Of a stretch of DNA of 64,000 nucleotides, positions 9,026 to 18,837 are shown in pieces. Source of the DNA: a virus. The stretch's first letter is position 1. Every line of letters starts with the position of its first letter. Both the position numbers and the translations under genes were made by a program. The notes under the pieces are model-generated. The model was given only the letters and a program-made list of their open reading frames with translations, was not told the DNA's origin and ran no database searches. The stretch lies in UHGV virus genome UHGV-0117634. One strand, 5' to 3'.

Positions 9026-11725
9026 ATGGACAATGTAGATTTCGAAAAATTACATTTGGTTGGTGATACAGAAACTGATGGGTTGCTCCTTGAGTTTACA
9101 AAAGCACACGTAATGGCTTTCGCAGACTATAAAGATGACAGTGATGAACCTGCTGTGTGGGTTTTCACTGATGAGCCTATTCTTGGTCACAAGTATACAA
9201 AATACATCAAAGGTGGTCTGCGTGAAGGTGTTGAGTTTGCACTGAAAGCTAAACGTCTTTGTATCCACAATGGTCTTGGTTATGACTGGTGGGTGTTTAA
9301 TCACATTGCACCTGACCTGTGGAACTTTGAGAATCCTAAGTGTAAGCCTTGGAGTGACTTCTTTCAGGATTCACTTATCCAATCTCGCGTACAGTGGATG
9401 GATAGAACTACACCAAAAGGTTACAAAGGTGCTCATGGTTTGGCTGCATGGGGTGCTCGTGTTGGTGTTCGTAAACCAGAGATTGAAGAGTGGGGTGTCT
9501 GGAATGCAGAGATTCTTACTCGTGTTGTAGAAGATATTAAGATTAACGCCAAAACTAAACGTGCTCTTGACAATGAGTATCTCAAGCTTAAGAAGTGTGG
9601 CGTGGATACTTATGAAACCTACATGCGAGCTAAAGAAACATCTTTCTGGATGAGTCAGCAAGCTATCAACGGTTGGAAAGCTGATGTAGAGCTTATGCAG
9701 TTCCACGTTAAAGAGCTTGACAAGTTAACTAATGAGTTGGCTGCTGAGGTTGAACCACACCTTCCACCAACTATTAAGACAAAAGGTAAAGTCACAGGTG
9801 AAGAATTTGCCAAGTCTTGGAACGAGTATGTAGATACATTTGGTCACGTTGACGGCTTAAAAAGGATTACCAAGTACCCTAAGACAAAGTATCGTGAACA
9901 GATGCGTGAAGGTGAGTTGAAGCAGTACCCTATTAAGCCATATGGTAAGCCAACTACAAAGATTTTTAATGTTGAGAAACGCAACTGCTACACTCCAACT
10001 AACACGGTCACAAAAGAAGAGTACCCTGAAGGTTTTGTAGCAATGAAAGATGCTCGTGCAGTTTGTAATGAACTGAATGAGAAGATTGGCAAGAAGTGTA
10101 AAGATTGGAAGCCAGTTAAGACTGTGAAAACTGTGAAGTACTACAATGTTCACGTTGTTAATCACTTTGAGTTAGAGTCTAGTCGCTACACTGGTTTGAT
10201 TGATGCACCATTTACACCAATTGAGTTTGAAGTTTCACGAATGACTCAGGTAGCTGTGGTGAAGGATTACTTAAAATCTGTTGGTTGGATTCCTGATGAT
10301 TGGAACTATAAAAAAGATTCTGATGGTCGTCCTATCAAGGTTTGCAGATTCAAAGACAACAAAAAGATGATTCGCAAACATCCTAAGTGGGATGAGATGG
10401 TTGAGCGTTGTGGGTTGAACTATATTGAGCATGAAGGTGTCTATTACATCGAGCATAACTGGTCTGTTAAGAAGTACACAGATGTGCTTGAACCTTGCTT
10501 GATTAGGACTTCACCAAAGCTTACAGAGTCTTCTTATGATACAATCGAAGGTGAGCTTGGACAGAAGATTGCGAAGTACTATACTTTGATGCACCGACGC
10601 AGGACTATTGAGAACTCAAAGGATGATGAGAAAGGTTGGCTGAACCAGATTCGTCCAGATGGTCGTTTGAGTGCAGGTGCAATGGTGTTTGGTACTTCTA
10701 CTGGACGTATGACTCAGTATGGTATTGTAAACGTACCTTCTGGTGCTGCTGTTTACGGTGAGCCAATGAGGGCAGTGTGGATTTGTGAAGAGGGAACCAA
10801 CGTAGTATCTGTTGATATGAACTCTGCACAGCTTGTACTACTCTGTAACTTCATGGGTGATAAAGACTTCACCAAAGCGGTAACAGAGGGTAAAGAAGAG
10901 ATTGAGTTTGTTCGTCAAGAGGATGGAAGATACTACTGCAAACACTTTGACCAGTATCTGAATCCAGAGATTGACAAGTATCTGCGTTATGACTCTGAAA
11001 ACGATTTGTACGTAGTTTACTCAGGGACTGATGCTCACACTCTGAACAGTATCTACTTCAGCCTTAATGATGAGCAAGATATCTTGACTTGTCGTGCTAC
11101 TCAGGATGAGAATCTTCTTCATGAGATTAGCAAGGGACGTAAGAAAGCTAAGAATGGTATCTATGCCCTGTTGTTCGGTGCAGGTGATGAGAAGTTTGCT
11201 AAAACAATTAAAGCAGCAACTACTCAGGAAGGTGCATTGACTAAGCAGACTTACTTTGTGCGTTTACCGAAGATTAAGAAACTGTTAGACAACTTGGAAG
11301 CTGATTTCAAAGCAACTAAGAAAGCACTTGAAGAGGTGTTTGGTAAGACTGCTGCAATCTCTAAAGGTGGTTTTGTGAAGGTTGCTGGGGCTTGGCTGTG
11401 GTGTAAGTCTCCACACAAACTCTTGAACTATTTGTTAATGGGTTCAGAAGCACAAGTTCAGAATGAAGCAATCAACCTTGCATGTCGTCGTATGATTGAT
11501 GAGGGTTTGATGAAGTTGAATGGTCGTAAACCAGCTATTGGTGCTCGCTTACTCTGTGCTTACCACGATGAAACAAGCTGGGAATGTCCAGAGAGCATGA
11601 CAGCAGATGTGAAAGCAGTAACTGACTGGTATTATGGTCAAGCATCTAAGAACCTTGGACTAAGAAAAGAGACACTAGTCACAGGTGCAGGGAAAGTTGG
11701 TAAATCGTGGCTTGAAGTCCACTAA
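9026..11725 (+). CDS. DNA polymerase, family A with 3'-5' exonuclease domain
   Basis: Exo motif DTETDG, motif B KKAKNGIYALLFG, motif C YHDE; 899 aa. Confidence 0.9.
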   Translation: MDNVDFEKLHLVGDTETDGLLLEFTKAHVMAFADYKDDSDEPAVWVFTDEPILGHKYTKYIKGGLREGVEFALKAKRLCIHNGLGYDWWVFNHIAPDLWNFENPKCKPWSDFFQDSLIQSRVQWMDRTTPKGYKGAHGLAAWGARVGVRKPEIEEWGVWNAEILTRVVEDIKINAKTKRALDNEYLKLKKCGVDTYETYMRAKETSFWMSQQAINGWKADVELMQFHVKELDKLTNELAAEVEPHLPPTIKTKGKVTGEEFAKSWNEYVDTFGHVDGLKRITKYPKTKYREQMREGELKQYPIKPYGKPTTKIFNVEKRNCYTPTNTVTKEEYPEGFVAMKDARAVCNELNEKIGKKCKDWKPVKTVKTVKYYNVHVVNHFELESSRYTGLIDAPFTPIEFEVSRMTQVAVVKDYLKSVGWIPDDWNYKKDSDGRPIKVCRFKDNKKMIRKHPKWDEMVERCGLNYIEHEGVYYIEHNWSVKKYTDVLEPCLIRTSPKLTESSYDTIEGELGQKIAKYYTLMHRRRTIENSKDDEKGWLNQIRPDGRLSAGAMVFGTSTGRMTQYGIVNVPSGAAVYGEPMRAVWICEEGTNVVSVDMNSAQLVLLCNFMGDKDFTKAVTEGKEEIEFVRQEDGRYYCKHFDQYLNPEIDKYLRYDSENDLYVVYSGTDAHTLNSIYFSLNDEQDILTCRATQDENLLHEISKGRKKAKNGIYALLFGAGDEKFAKTIKAATTQEGALTKQTYFVRLPKIKKLLDNLEADFKATKKALEEVFGKTAAISKGGFVKVAGAWLWCKSPHKLLNYLLMGSEAQVQNEAINLACRRMIDEGLMKLNGRKPAIGARLLCAYHDETSWECPESMTADVKAVTDWYYGQASKNLGLRKETLVTGAGKVGKSWLEVH

Positions 11726-11786
11726 TAGTGTTGACAAGGTGCTCATGGAAGAGTACCTTATACTATATATTATATAGGAGACTTGT

Positions 11787-11987
11787 ATGACTATTTCAGA
11801 AATTGAAGTTCAACTGCAATGTGCTGGATATTCTCAAAGTGAGATTGAGGCTATGTGCATCATCATTTGCAGTAGCCATAAGCACCTCAAGCTTTCTAAT
11901 GAAAATCTTCGCAAGGTTGATATTTTTATTGCTGGAGGTAAGATTATCAAGGATAAGACAGGATACCTTAAAGGTGAACGTCTATGA
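11787..11987 (+). CDS. hypothetical protein
   Basis: ORF track, 66 aa. Confidence 0.4.
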   Translation: MTISEIEVQLQCAGYSQSEIEAMCIIICSSHKHLKLSNENLRKVDIFIAGGKIIKDKTGYLKGERL

Positions 11988-12193
11988 GCCATCGTGGAAG
12001 AACTCATCTCGCTATGATGCAAGGTGCTTCAAAAGAGACTATCAAGAATCGGAAGAAAACTCTTTTTGACAGAATGAATAGACTCATTGATAATGCGAGC
12101 CTACCTAACTCTGAAAAGGTTTTCTTGAAAGGAAATCTGAAGAGTATTGCACAGGAACTTATTGACATTGAATTTTGGAGACACCAAAAATGA
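11984..12193 (+). CDS. hypothetical protein
   Basis: ORF track, 69 aa, overlapping stop/start. Confidence 0.4.
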   Translation: MSHRGRTHLAMMQGASKETIKNRKKTLFDRMNRLIDNASLPNSEKVFLKGNLKSIAQELIDIEFWRHQK

Positions 12194-12447
12194 GCAGCAA
12201 AGAAGAAGAAGGTTTAGCAATAATCCGTCACAAAAACCCTCAGATATCATTCGTTTCTGAAGCATGGTGTCGTGGTTTAGACTATCAATGGTACTTAGAT
12301 TTGTGTAAAATGAAATCTGTAGAGCCAGTAAAAGAAGGGACTTTCAAGGAACTTTACAAGACCGTCCAAGAAGGTTACGAAGAAAACTGTGAAAAAGGAA
12401 ATCAACTATGTGGAAAACAATCATTGCACTTGGAGTGCTTTTTCTAA
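12175..12447 (+). CDS. hypothetical protein
   Basis: ORF track, 90 aa. Confidence 0.4.
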   Translation: METPKMSSKEEEGLAIIRHKNPQISFVSEAWCRGLDYQWYLDLCKMKSVEPVKEGTFKELYKTVQEGYEENCEKGNQLCGKQSLHLECFF

Positions 12448-12653
12448 CTGGCTGTAACCCAAGCTACGATAACAAAGAAGGGAGCTACACACTACCTCCA
12501 GAGATGAGAGATTGCTCAATCTATCGGCTGAATGGTTCCATGATTAATAGGGACTTGGTAGTTGTTCGTTGTCCAAATTCACAGACTACAACTACCTCTA
12601 AAGTTGGTAGAAGTAGTACCCAAAGTGTAACAGTTATCAACGAAGGATATTAA
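12408..12653 (+). CDS. small lipoprotein (putative)
   Basis: Signal peptide with lipobox LFLTGC at N-terminus. Confidence 0.5.
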   Translation: MWKTIIALGVLFLTGCNPSYDNKEGSYTLPPEMRDCSIYRLNGSMINRDLVVVRCPNSQTTTTSKVGRSSTQSVTVINEGY

Positions 12654-12654
12654 G

Positions 12655-12861
12655 ATGCAAGTACTGGTAAACTTTATTCACCTATATGACGTTATACACT
12701 CAACTACTACAGTTGCCCAACGTAACCCTATCGTACCACGAGAAGGTGAGTGGGTAAGGATTGATGGTTGGACTTACACTGTAGAAAATGTCATTCACAA
12801 GTTTGATGTTTGTGGAGACACTCAAGTTATCGACGTAGAAATTGGTGGTAAGAGAAAATGA
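12655..12861 (+). CDS. hypothetical protein
   Basis: ORF track, 68 aa. Confidence 0.4.
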   Translation: MQVLVNFIHLYDVIHSTTTVAQRNPIVPREGEWVRIDGWTYTVENVIHKFDVCGDTQVIDVEIGGKRK

Positions 12862-13958
12862 CAATTCTGTACAAACAAAACAAAGATGGTTCTTTCAACG
12901 TTTGGTCATGTGTTGCTGTAGGTGATAAAGTTGTTACAACCTACGGTAAAGAAAATGGCAAGATGATGTTCGAAGAGTACACAGCAGAACCAAAGAACAT
13001 TGGTAAGAAGAATGAGCGTAATGCTGAACAGCAAGCTCTCTTTGAAGTTGCTGCTAAGTACAAGAAGCAAGTTGACCGTAAAGGATACGCTTACACAAAA
13101 TCTGAAGCAGAGAATGTTGAGAAGGTTGGTGTACAGCTTGCTCAAGATGCTTCCAAGATAAGTCATAAGAAATATTTGAAGTTCCCTGCTGACGCTCAAC
13201 CAAAACTTGATGGTGTTCGTTGCAGGATTTCAAGGAATACTGATACTGTAAGCTTCACAGCTTATTCTCGTGAGAATACGGTATATAGCATACCTGAAGA
13301 GTTAATTCCTGATGTTCTTCTCATGTTGAAGCTTCACAAAGATGTTAAAGACTTCGATGGTGAGATTTATGCTCATGGTTGGGACTTAGAAGATATTGTT
13401 TCGATGATTAAGAATGCTGACAATCCAGACCGTCACCTTCTTAAATTCTACTGGTATGATATCTGTGACAAGACCAAATCTTGGCCTGAGCGTCGTGAAG
13501 TTATTGACAATTCGCCAATCGTTGAACTCGGTGATGCTTGCAGGGTTGTACCTGTTCAGACAATACGTGTCAACTCTTGGGAAGAGTTTGATACTGCTCA
13601 TGACAATTGGGTTAAGCTTAAGTTTGAAGGGGCAATGTATCGCTCAATCTCACCAGATTCGTTCTATGAGTGTAGTCACCGTTCATACTTCCTGATTAAG
13701 CATAAGAAGATGCACACACAGGAATTTAAAGTAACTGGTGTAAAGACTGATAAGCGTGGTCATGGCAAGTTCGTTGTAGAAACACTTCCTAATGTCTTTG
13801 TAGATGTTTCATGGAAGACTACACACGAGAAGAAACAGTATCTTGCTGAACATCCTGAAGAGTTTATCGGGAAACCTTTGACTGTTCAGTTCCAGAAGAT
13901 GACTCGTAAGGGTTCTTTACAGTTCCCTGTTGGGCTAGTAATTCGAGACTATGAATAG
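12858..13958 (+). CDS. ATP-dependent DNA ligase
   Basis: Nucleotidyltransferase motif I KLDGVRC (KxDG). Confidence 0.8.
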   Translation: MTILYKQNKDGSFNVWSCVAVGDKVVTTYGKENGKMMFEEYTAEPKNIGKKNERNAEQQALFEVAAKYKKQVDRKGYAYTKSEAENVEKVGVQLAQDASKISHKKYLKFPADAQPKLDGVRCRISRNTDTVSFTAYSRENTVYSIPEELIPDVLLMLKLHKDVKDFDGEIYAHGWDLEDIVSMIKNADNPDRHLLKFYWYDICDKTKSWPERREVIDNSPIVELGDACRVVPVQTIRVNSWEEFDTAHDNWVKLKFEGAMYRSISPDSFYECSHRSYFLIKHKKMHTQEFKVTGVKTDKRGHGKFVVETLPNVFVDVSWKTTHEKKQYLAEHPEEFIGKPLTVQFQKMTRKGSLQFPVGLVIRDYE

Positions 13959-13966
13959 AGGCCAGT

Positions 13967-14116
13967 ATGTTTAGTGCAATTGTTCTGTTTATATTTGTTG
14001 TTTTATCATTGGCTTACTTCACAAGTAAACTCTTAAGTATAACATACAAAGCAGCCTTAGCCTTTACTCTGTTGTCATTTGTAGTAAATGCAGTAGTCAG
14101 AGAATTTTTAGTATAA
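13967..14116 (+). CDS. small hydrophobic membrane protein (about 49 aa), hypothetical
   Basis: Not in ORF track; ATG with AGAGG SD; two predicted TM stretches. Confidence 0.3.
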   Translation: MFSAIVLFIFVVLSLAYFTSKLLSITYKAALAFTLLSFVVNAVVREFLV

Positions 14117-14121
14117 AGTTG

Positions 14122-14149
14122 TTGACATGAAGAATCTGACGGGTATACT
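14122..14149 (+). promoter_or_regulatory. sigma70-like promoter TTGACA-N16-TATACT overlapped by a 9-bp inverted repeat
   Basis: Consensus -35 and near-consensus -10; CTGACGGGT (14136-14144) and ACCCGTCAG (14174-14182) flank the -10. Confidence 0.45.
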
Positions 14150-14199
14150 GCCTATATAGAAAATTATATATTAACCCGTCAGAAATCTCGGAGGTAGTT

Positions 14200-14580
14200 A
14201 TGAAAAAGTTACTTGTTGGTGTCATTGCTCTTGGTATGAGTTTTAGTGCAGTGGCTATGAAGATGCCTGAAGCAAACTTTAATGGTGTTGCTTTAGAGTC
14301 TTGTAAGATTGTACAGAAAATTGCATCAAATGCTGGAGAGTTAACTAAACCGTTATCTGCTCCAACTGTTCAAGAAATGACTGATAAGATGGTTGACTAC
14401 AATTACCATTTTATGGGTGATTACTATGACAGATTAGCAGATGAGATGGTCACCCAGAATGTCGATGTTCTTGACAGCAAAGGTATCGAAACTGTAGAAG
14501 ATGTGAAAGATAATTTTATGCGTGAGTCTTTCAAAGGTGTCCAATATTTTATTGAAAATCGTAACTGCATAGGTTTATAA
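14200..14580 (+). CDS. secreted protein with signal peptide, hypothetical
   Basis: N-terminal MKKLLVGVIALGMSFSAVA signal-like sequence. Confidence 0.5.
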   Translation: MKKLLVGVIALGMSFSAVAMKMPEANFNGVALESCKIVQKIASNAGELTKPLSAPTVQEMTDKMVDYNYHFMGDYYDRLADEMVTQNVDVLDSKGIETVEDVKDNFMRESFKGVQYFIENRNCIGL

Positions 14581-14582
14581 TC

Positions 14583-14786
14583 ATGAAGAAGAACATCTGT
14601 AGAACAGACTATGGTGAAGTGGTCGATGATGACGGAGTAGTTATTTACAGAGTTTGGGCTAATGATTTTTCAACCCTTGTAGAGTCTTTAGATAACTACA
14701 TCAACGGGACTCGTGAAAACGTCAGAGCAACTAATCTTGATTCGTTAATAGACACTTCTCGAAAGCGGAGAAAGAAAGATGAATGA
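14583..14786 (+). CDS. hypothetical protein
   Basis: ORF track, 67 aa. Confidence 0.4.
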   Translation: MKKNICRTDYGEVVDDDGVVIYRVWANDFSTLVESLDNYINGTRENVRATNLDSLIDTSRKRRKKDE

Positions 14787-15078
14787 AGTCTTCGACCCTT
14801 ATGCACCTCAAGATTCTTGGGAGGCTGATAGAGAGGCTGAAATGGAGAGTTATGTCTGTCCAATGGATATAGAAGAGATGAAAGACTTTGTATCTTTCAG
14901 ATTCTCTAAAGAGATTGAGAAGCTAAAACTTTCTCAGGCTCAAGTAGCAACTGTTTGTGAAATCTCACAGAGTCGTGTATCAAATATCATTAACGACCCT
15001 CAAAAGATTTCTTTAGAGTACATGCTTAATGCTTGTACAAAACTTGGTGTAAATTTTAACTTAAGGCTGGCAGATTAA
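14779..15078 (+). CDS. HTH (XRE/Cro-like) DNA-binding protein (putative)
   Basis: C-terminal LSQAQVATVCEISQSRVSNIIN helix-turn-helix-like segment. Confidence 0.5.
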   Translation: MNEVFDPYAPQDSWEADREAEMESYVCPMDIEEMKDFVSFRFSKEIEKLKLSQAQVATVCEISQSRVSNIINDPQKISLEYMLNACTKLGVNFNLRLAD

Positions 15079-15079
15079 T

Positions 15080-15439
15080 ATGAAACGTGAAAATGCAATC
15101 TTTAACGATAACTTTGCAATTGGCTTCTATGGTAAACCAACTCCAGCAGAGAAGCTTTATGGTAATGCAATTCTGGAGACCTTGAAAGAGGTTTACACAA
15201 CTGGTGGTATGAAGCATACTGAAGCAAACCGTGTAAGAGGTTATATGGCAATTGGCTCTGCAATCTCTAACATCAAACTTGAAACCACCAGTGCCAAAAA
15301 GGTACGAGACCACTTCATCAAAGAGTTGTCAGAGAATCTAGATGGTGTTGATGTTAAGGCTGTCTGGTTAGATGTTGATGGTCACAACTACACAACTTTT
15401 GTGTTTAAAAATGAGGATATCAAATGTCTCTTCCCTTAA
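15080..15439 (+). CDS. hypothetical protein
   Basis: ORF track, 119 aa. Confidence 0.45.
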   Translation: MKRENAIFNDNFAIGFYGKPTPAEKLYGNAILETLKEVYTTGGMKHTEANRVRGYMAIGSAISNIKLETTSAKKVRDHFIKELSENLDGVDVKAVWLDVDGHNYTTFVFKNEDIKCLFP

Positions 15440-15927
15440 AACTCGATTTATACTTTGGGTACAGTGTATTGCAAGGCAGCATACTATCACTACCAAAGTC
15501 AGATTATCGTTGTGATTTAGGTTCTGTGAAACGTGCATCACACTTTAACAACAACATCTTAGGCTTGCAGACACTTCACAGGTGGCTTGAGGAAGATGGA
15601 CGGTTGAATGAGTATCTTCACCAACTCGAACTAGCCAAAGAAGAAGGTCATATGGGCTATGAAATGCTTCCACGTCTTTACAAACCTGTAAGCCCAAATG
15701 AGATTCGTTGGAATGAGCAAGCTGTTGAGAGCTATAATAAATTTAATATAACTATTTGCTCCAGAGCTTGGAAGGAGTATATGAAACTCCGTGAAATCAT
15801 CATACAGACTATTGGAAAGCGTGTAGCAAAAGGTCTTGCTTATGATGAAAAGGTTGACTGGAATACACAAAAGTGTATAAAATTCTTCAAGTACGATAAT
15901 GACAAGGATACTTTTGTAGAGGTTTAA
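15424..15927 (+). CDS. hypothetical protein
   Basis: ORF track, 167 aa. Confidence 0.45.
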   Translation: MSLPLKLDLYFGYSVLQGSILSLPKSDYRCDLGSVKRASHFNNNILGLQTLHRWLEEDGRLNEYLHQLELAKEEGHMGYEMLPRLYKPVSPNEIRWNEQAVESYNKFNITICSRAWKEYMKLREIIIQTIGKRVAKGLAYDEKVDWNTQKCIKFFKYDNDKDTFVEV

Positions 15928-15928
15928 C

Positions 15929-16444
15929 ATGAAAATTGGAATTACCCTTTGCCAGCCTGAAGCAGAGTTCTTGAAATCAATGTTGTCTGAGCATATGAAA
16001 GCTACAAATCATACTGAGAAGACATTCTTGATTGATACAAACTATGATGCAGGAACTATTGAGTTCATCGATGAAGACACTGCTGACTCTCTGTGTGTTC
16101 TTCCTGCTCACTTATTTACTCCAGAGCTACGGGATAGTCGTTCTATTGAAGTTAATCTGGAGCCAAGTATTGAACTGTACTCAGATACACAGTATCCAAG
16201 AAGTTTTAAAGCATTGCTAAACATCTTCATAGCTGATATTGTAGAGATTGTTAAGCAGACTGAAGGTGGTCATGTAGTAACTGCTGAGTATGAACAAGGA
16301 ACTATCAAACTGACAGGTGACTTTGGTTCTATGAGTTTCTTAGACTTTGTGCCAAAACACTTTGAAGATTTTCTGTCAAGTGAAGTTGATGACCTTGATT
16401 TCATACTAAAATTTGAACGCACTTTTAAGGTAAACAAAAAATGA
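15929..16444 (+). CDS. hypothetical protein
   Basis: ORF track, 171 aa. Confidence 0.45.
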   Translation: MKIGITLCQPEAEFLKSMLSEHMKATNHTEKTFLIDTNYDAGTIEFIDEDTADSLCVLPAHLFTPELRDSRSIEVNLEPSIELYSDTQYPRSFKALLNIFIADIVEIVKQTEGGHVVTAEYEQGTIKLTGDFGSMSFLDFVPKHFEDFLSSEVDDLDFILKFERTFKVNKK

Positions 16445-16713
16445 AAATCTTAAGCGGAGTATCACAGTGTTACATGAATAATGGTGAGCCAGTTAAATGC
16501 TGCCATTGTGGAGGTGAGAACTTCCAAGGTGAAGTTTCAGAGATTGTCTCTGGCAATATCGCTGAAGAGTACACCCGTTGCTGTGGATGTGGAAAGATTT
16601 TATCTTTTTGGGCTTATGGAAGTTATGAACCACAGCCTCACCTTATTTACCATCCGAACAGGATTGTGAAGCGTGTTCTAAACTGGTTCATTATCAAAGG
16701 ATTTACAAAATGA
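16441..16713 (+). CDS. Cys-rich small protein (putative zinc-binding)
   Basis: CCHCGG...CCGCGK cysteine clusters. Confidence 0.4.
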   Translation: MKILSGVSQCYMNNGEPVKCCHCGGENFQGEVSEIVSGNIAEEYTRCCGCGKILSFWAYGSYEPQPHLIYHPNRIVKRVLNWFIIKGFTK

Positions 16714-17255
16714 TTAAGTTAATTTTTGCAAGTGGTATTAACGGGGAGTTTGGCACAGCTACTGGAATGCCTTGGCCTCGTAATAAACAAGATATGGCAG
16801 AGTTTAAGAAGCAGACTGTTAACCAGTTAGTCTTGATGGGTAGCGAAACTTGGAAGACTCTTGGGAGCAAACCTTTGCCAAACCGTGAGAACCTTGTCTT
16901 AACAAACTCTCTTGACTTTTATGGTCTGGACTTTAAAGATGACTCTCATTGCAAAGCAAGAGTTAAGTCTGAAGCTTTTGGGGCTTTCCTAAAGTATATT
17001 GATAGTTCTATTGAGGAAGATGTTTTAGTAATCGGTGGAGCCAATATCTTAATCTCAGCTTTGCCGTATGCTGACGTAGTTTTCCACAGTGTTATTAAGG
17101 AAGTTACTGAAGAGGCTACTGTCAAGCTACCTTATGAGGGTTTCTTCCAGTGCTTGTATGACACAGAGTTATTTGCTAAAGTACAGTCCAAACCCTCAGA
17201 AGATAAGTCTGTGGTGTTTGATACCTATGTTCCACAAGTAAGAGGACGTTTCTAA
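16710..17255 (+). CDS. dihydrofolate reductase
   Basis: N-terminal IFASGINGEFG..MPW...F...T....VLMGSETW...LPNRENLVLT matches DHFR core pattern. Confidence 0.75.
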   Translation: MIKLIFASGINGEFGTATGMPWPRNKQDMAEFKKQTVNQLVLMGSETWKTLGSKPLPNRENLVLTNSLDFYGLDFKDDSHCKARVKSEAFGAFLKYIDSSIEEDVLVIGGANILISALPYADVVFHSVIKEVTEEATVKLPYEGFFQCLYDTELFAKVQSKPSEDKSVVFDTYVPQVRGRF

Positions 17256-17256
17256 T

Positions 17257-18156
17257 ATGTCACAAGCAGATGTAAGCTACAAAGCTATTTTAAACCATGT
17301 TTTATCAGTTGGTGAGTTGCGTAAAACCCGAACTGGCTCAGTGATTTCGACCTTTGCTCCACCTGAGTTCCGTTTTGATATGCGTAGTGGATTCCCATTA
17401 ATCACCTCAAAACAAACATTTATGCGTCAAGTCCTCGGTGAAGCATTATGGTTTATGAACGGTGAAAACCAACTAGGCCATTTGCGTTACAGAACTTGGG
17501 GGGAGAACGACGGAGAGCGTTGGACTATCTGGACAGATGATTTTAAACGTTGGTTGAAAACAACCTATGCTACAGAGAATGATTGGCTGGAGGACGCTGG
17601 AGGAAGAATCTATGGGGTCCAATGGAGAGCCTACGAAGGTCATGGTGGCGTTGTTGTAGACCAGTTGAGTAATCTTGTAGAGAAGATGAGAAAGTCCCCT
17701 ACAGACCGTTACATGCTCGTTAACGCATGGAATGCAGCAGATATCTCAAGTAACTCTATGGCATTAGCACCTTGTCATGTACTTTTTCAGATTTATATCT
17801 CGAATACTAATGAGGTGGATTTAAAATGGTATCAGCGTTCTTGTGATACGTTCTTAGGGTTACCGTTTAACATCGCTTCCTATGCCTTTATCTTGGAAGT
17901 GTTGTGTAAACTGACGGGATATACACCGAGATATCTGATAGGTACTTATGGTGATACTCAAATCTACCAGAACCATATGTCGCAGGTTTTTCAACTTCTT
18001 GGTAATGAAGAGTTTCCAGCACCTAAGTTTGAAATTCATCAAGATTTGAAGTCTCTTGAAGACTTGAGACATATGACAGCAGATGACTTTCTAGGTGGGT
18101 TGAAAGGGTATAAACATGCTGGTAAGATTGAAGCGCCTTTATCAGTAGGTAAGTAG
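17257..18156 (+). CDS. thyA: thymidylate synthase (ThyA family)
   Basis: Active-site region ALAPCH and YQRSCDTFLGLPFNIASYAF signature. Confidence 0.85.
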   Translation: MSQADVSYKAILNHVLSVGELRKTRTGSVISTFAPPEFRFDMRSGFPLITSKQTFMRQVLGEALWFMNGENQLGHLRYRTWGENDGERWTIWTDDFKRWLKTTYATENDWLEDAGGRIYGVQWRAYEGHGGVVVDQLSNLVEKMRKSPTDRYMLVNAWNAADISSNSMALAPCHVLFQIYISNTNEVDLKWYQRSCDTFLGLPFNIASYAFILEVLCKLTGYTPRYLIGTYGDTQIYQNHMSQVFQLLGNEEFPAPKFEIHQDLKSLEDLRHMTADDFLGGLKGYKHAGKIEAPLSVGK

Positions 18157-18163
18157 AAACAAA

Positions 18164-18190
18164 AAAGGCTCCCGTAAAAAGGAGCCTTAT
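18164..18190. terminator. Bidirectional intrinsic terminator between convergent thyA and minus-strand gene
   Basis: AGGCTCC-CGTAAAAA-GGAGCCT hairpin flanked by A-run upstream and T-rich downstream. Confidence 0.6.
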
Positions 18191-18192
18191 AG

Positions 18193-18567
18193 TTATTTCT
18201 TTTTAGTGCTTTGGGTATTTTGTTCTGTAATTGCCTGCAAAGCTGATACAGATTGTGCTAAGTTGTTAACACTGTCAGAGAACTTATCAAGGGTCTTAGT
18301 CAACTTAGCGTTTTCTCCCTTAACATTCTCTAGCTGAACTTTCTGGTTCTCCATCCCTAATTGTAGGAGCTTCATATCAGATTGTAAGTCACGAATAGCT
18401 GAATAGTTACCTTTTGAGTAACCATCCAACTGCTGTAACTTATTTGTGATAGACACTTCCTGTTTACCATCAGAGACCTGCATTGTAGTGTACATACCAA
18501 TTACACTGAAAATACCTACAACGATTGCACCAATATTATTCTTAAAAGCATCTTCAAGCCACTTCAT
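18193..18567 (-). CDS. membrane-anchored coiled-coil protein, hypothetical
   Basis: N-terminal hydrophobic segment then coiled-coil. Confidence 0.4.
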   Translation of the reverse strand: MKWLEDAFKNNIGAIVVGIFSVIGMYTTMQVSDGKQEVSITNKLQQLDGYSKGNYSAIRDLQSDMKLLQLGMENQKVQLENVKGENAKLTKTLDKFSDSVNNLAQSVSALQAITEQNTQSTKKK

Positions 18568-18761
18568 TATTTCTCACCTTTAAAAGCCTTTTCCAAGGTA
18601 TCTACAAATTCATCATCAATAGGTGTATCTGTTTTACTCGCAAGGTATCTTGCAAGCTTAAAGAACACTTTTTCAATCATGTATTCGCTAAGAAGAGAAA
18701 GTAGAAGCTTCCAGAAGAATGCCCCAAGATTTTTCAAGAGGATTGCTAGAATGGTTGGCAT
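18567..18761 (-). CDS. small membrane protein, hypothetical
   Basis: 64 aa with N-terminal hydrophobic helix. Confidence 0.35.
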   Translation of the reverse strand: MPTILAILLKNLGAFFWKLLLSLLSEYMIEKVFFKLARYLASKTDTPIDDEFVDTLEKAFKGEK

Positions 18762-18806
18762 TTAATCACCTTACTTCTTGAGCCAAGATGGTGAGAATAC
18801 CTACTA

Positions 18807-18837
18807 AGAAATATTAACACCATCTTGACAGTTAGTC
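18807..18837 (-). promoter_or_regulatory. sigma70-like promoter (minus strand) TTGACT-N17-TAATAT
   Basis: Read on minus strand upstream of 18567..18761; overlaps 10-bp inverted repeat CAAGATGGTG/CACCATCTTG (18786-18828). Confidence 0.45.

Noticed and set aside
9050-10456. Several 60-110 aa ORFs on the minus strand inside the DNA polymerase gene
   Set aside because: Antisense to a strongly supported 899-aa polymerase ORF; no start context.
11733-11770. Promoter upstream of ORF 11787
   Set aside because: TTGACA is present but no acceptable -10 hexamer at 16-18 nt spacing; left unannotated.
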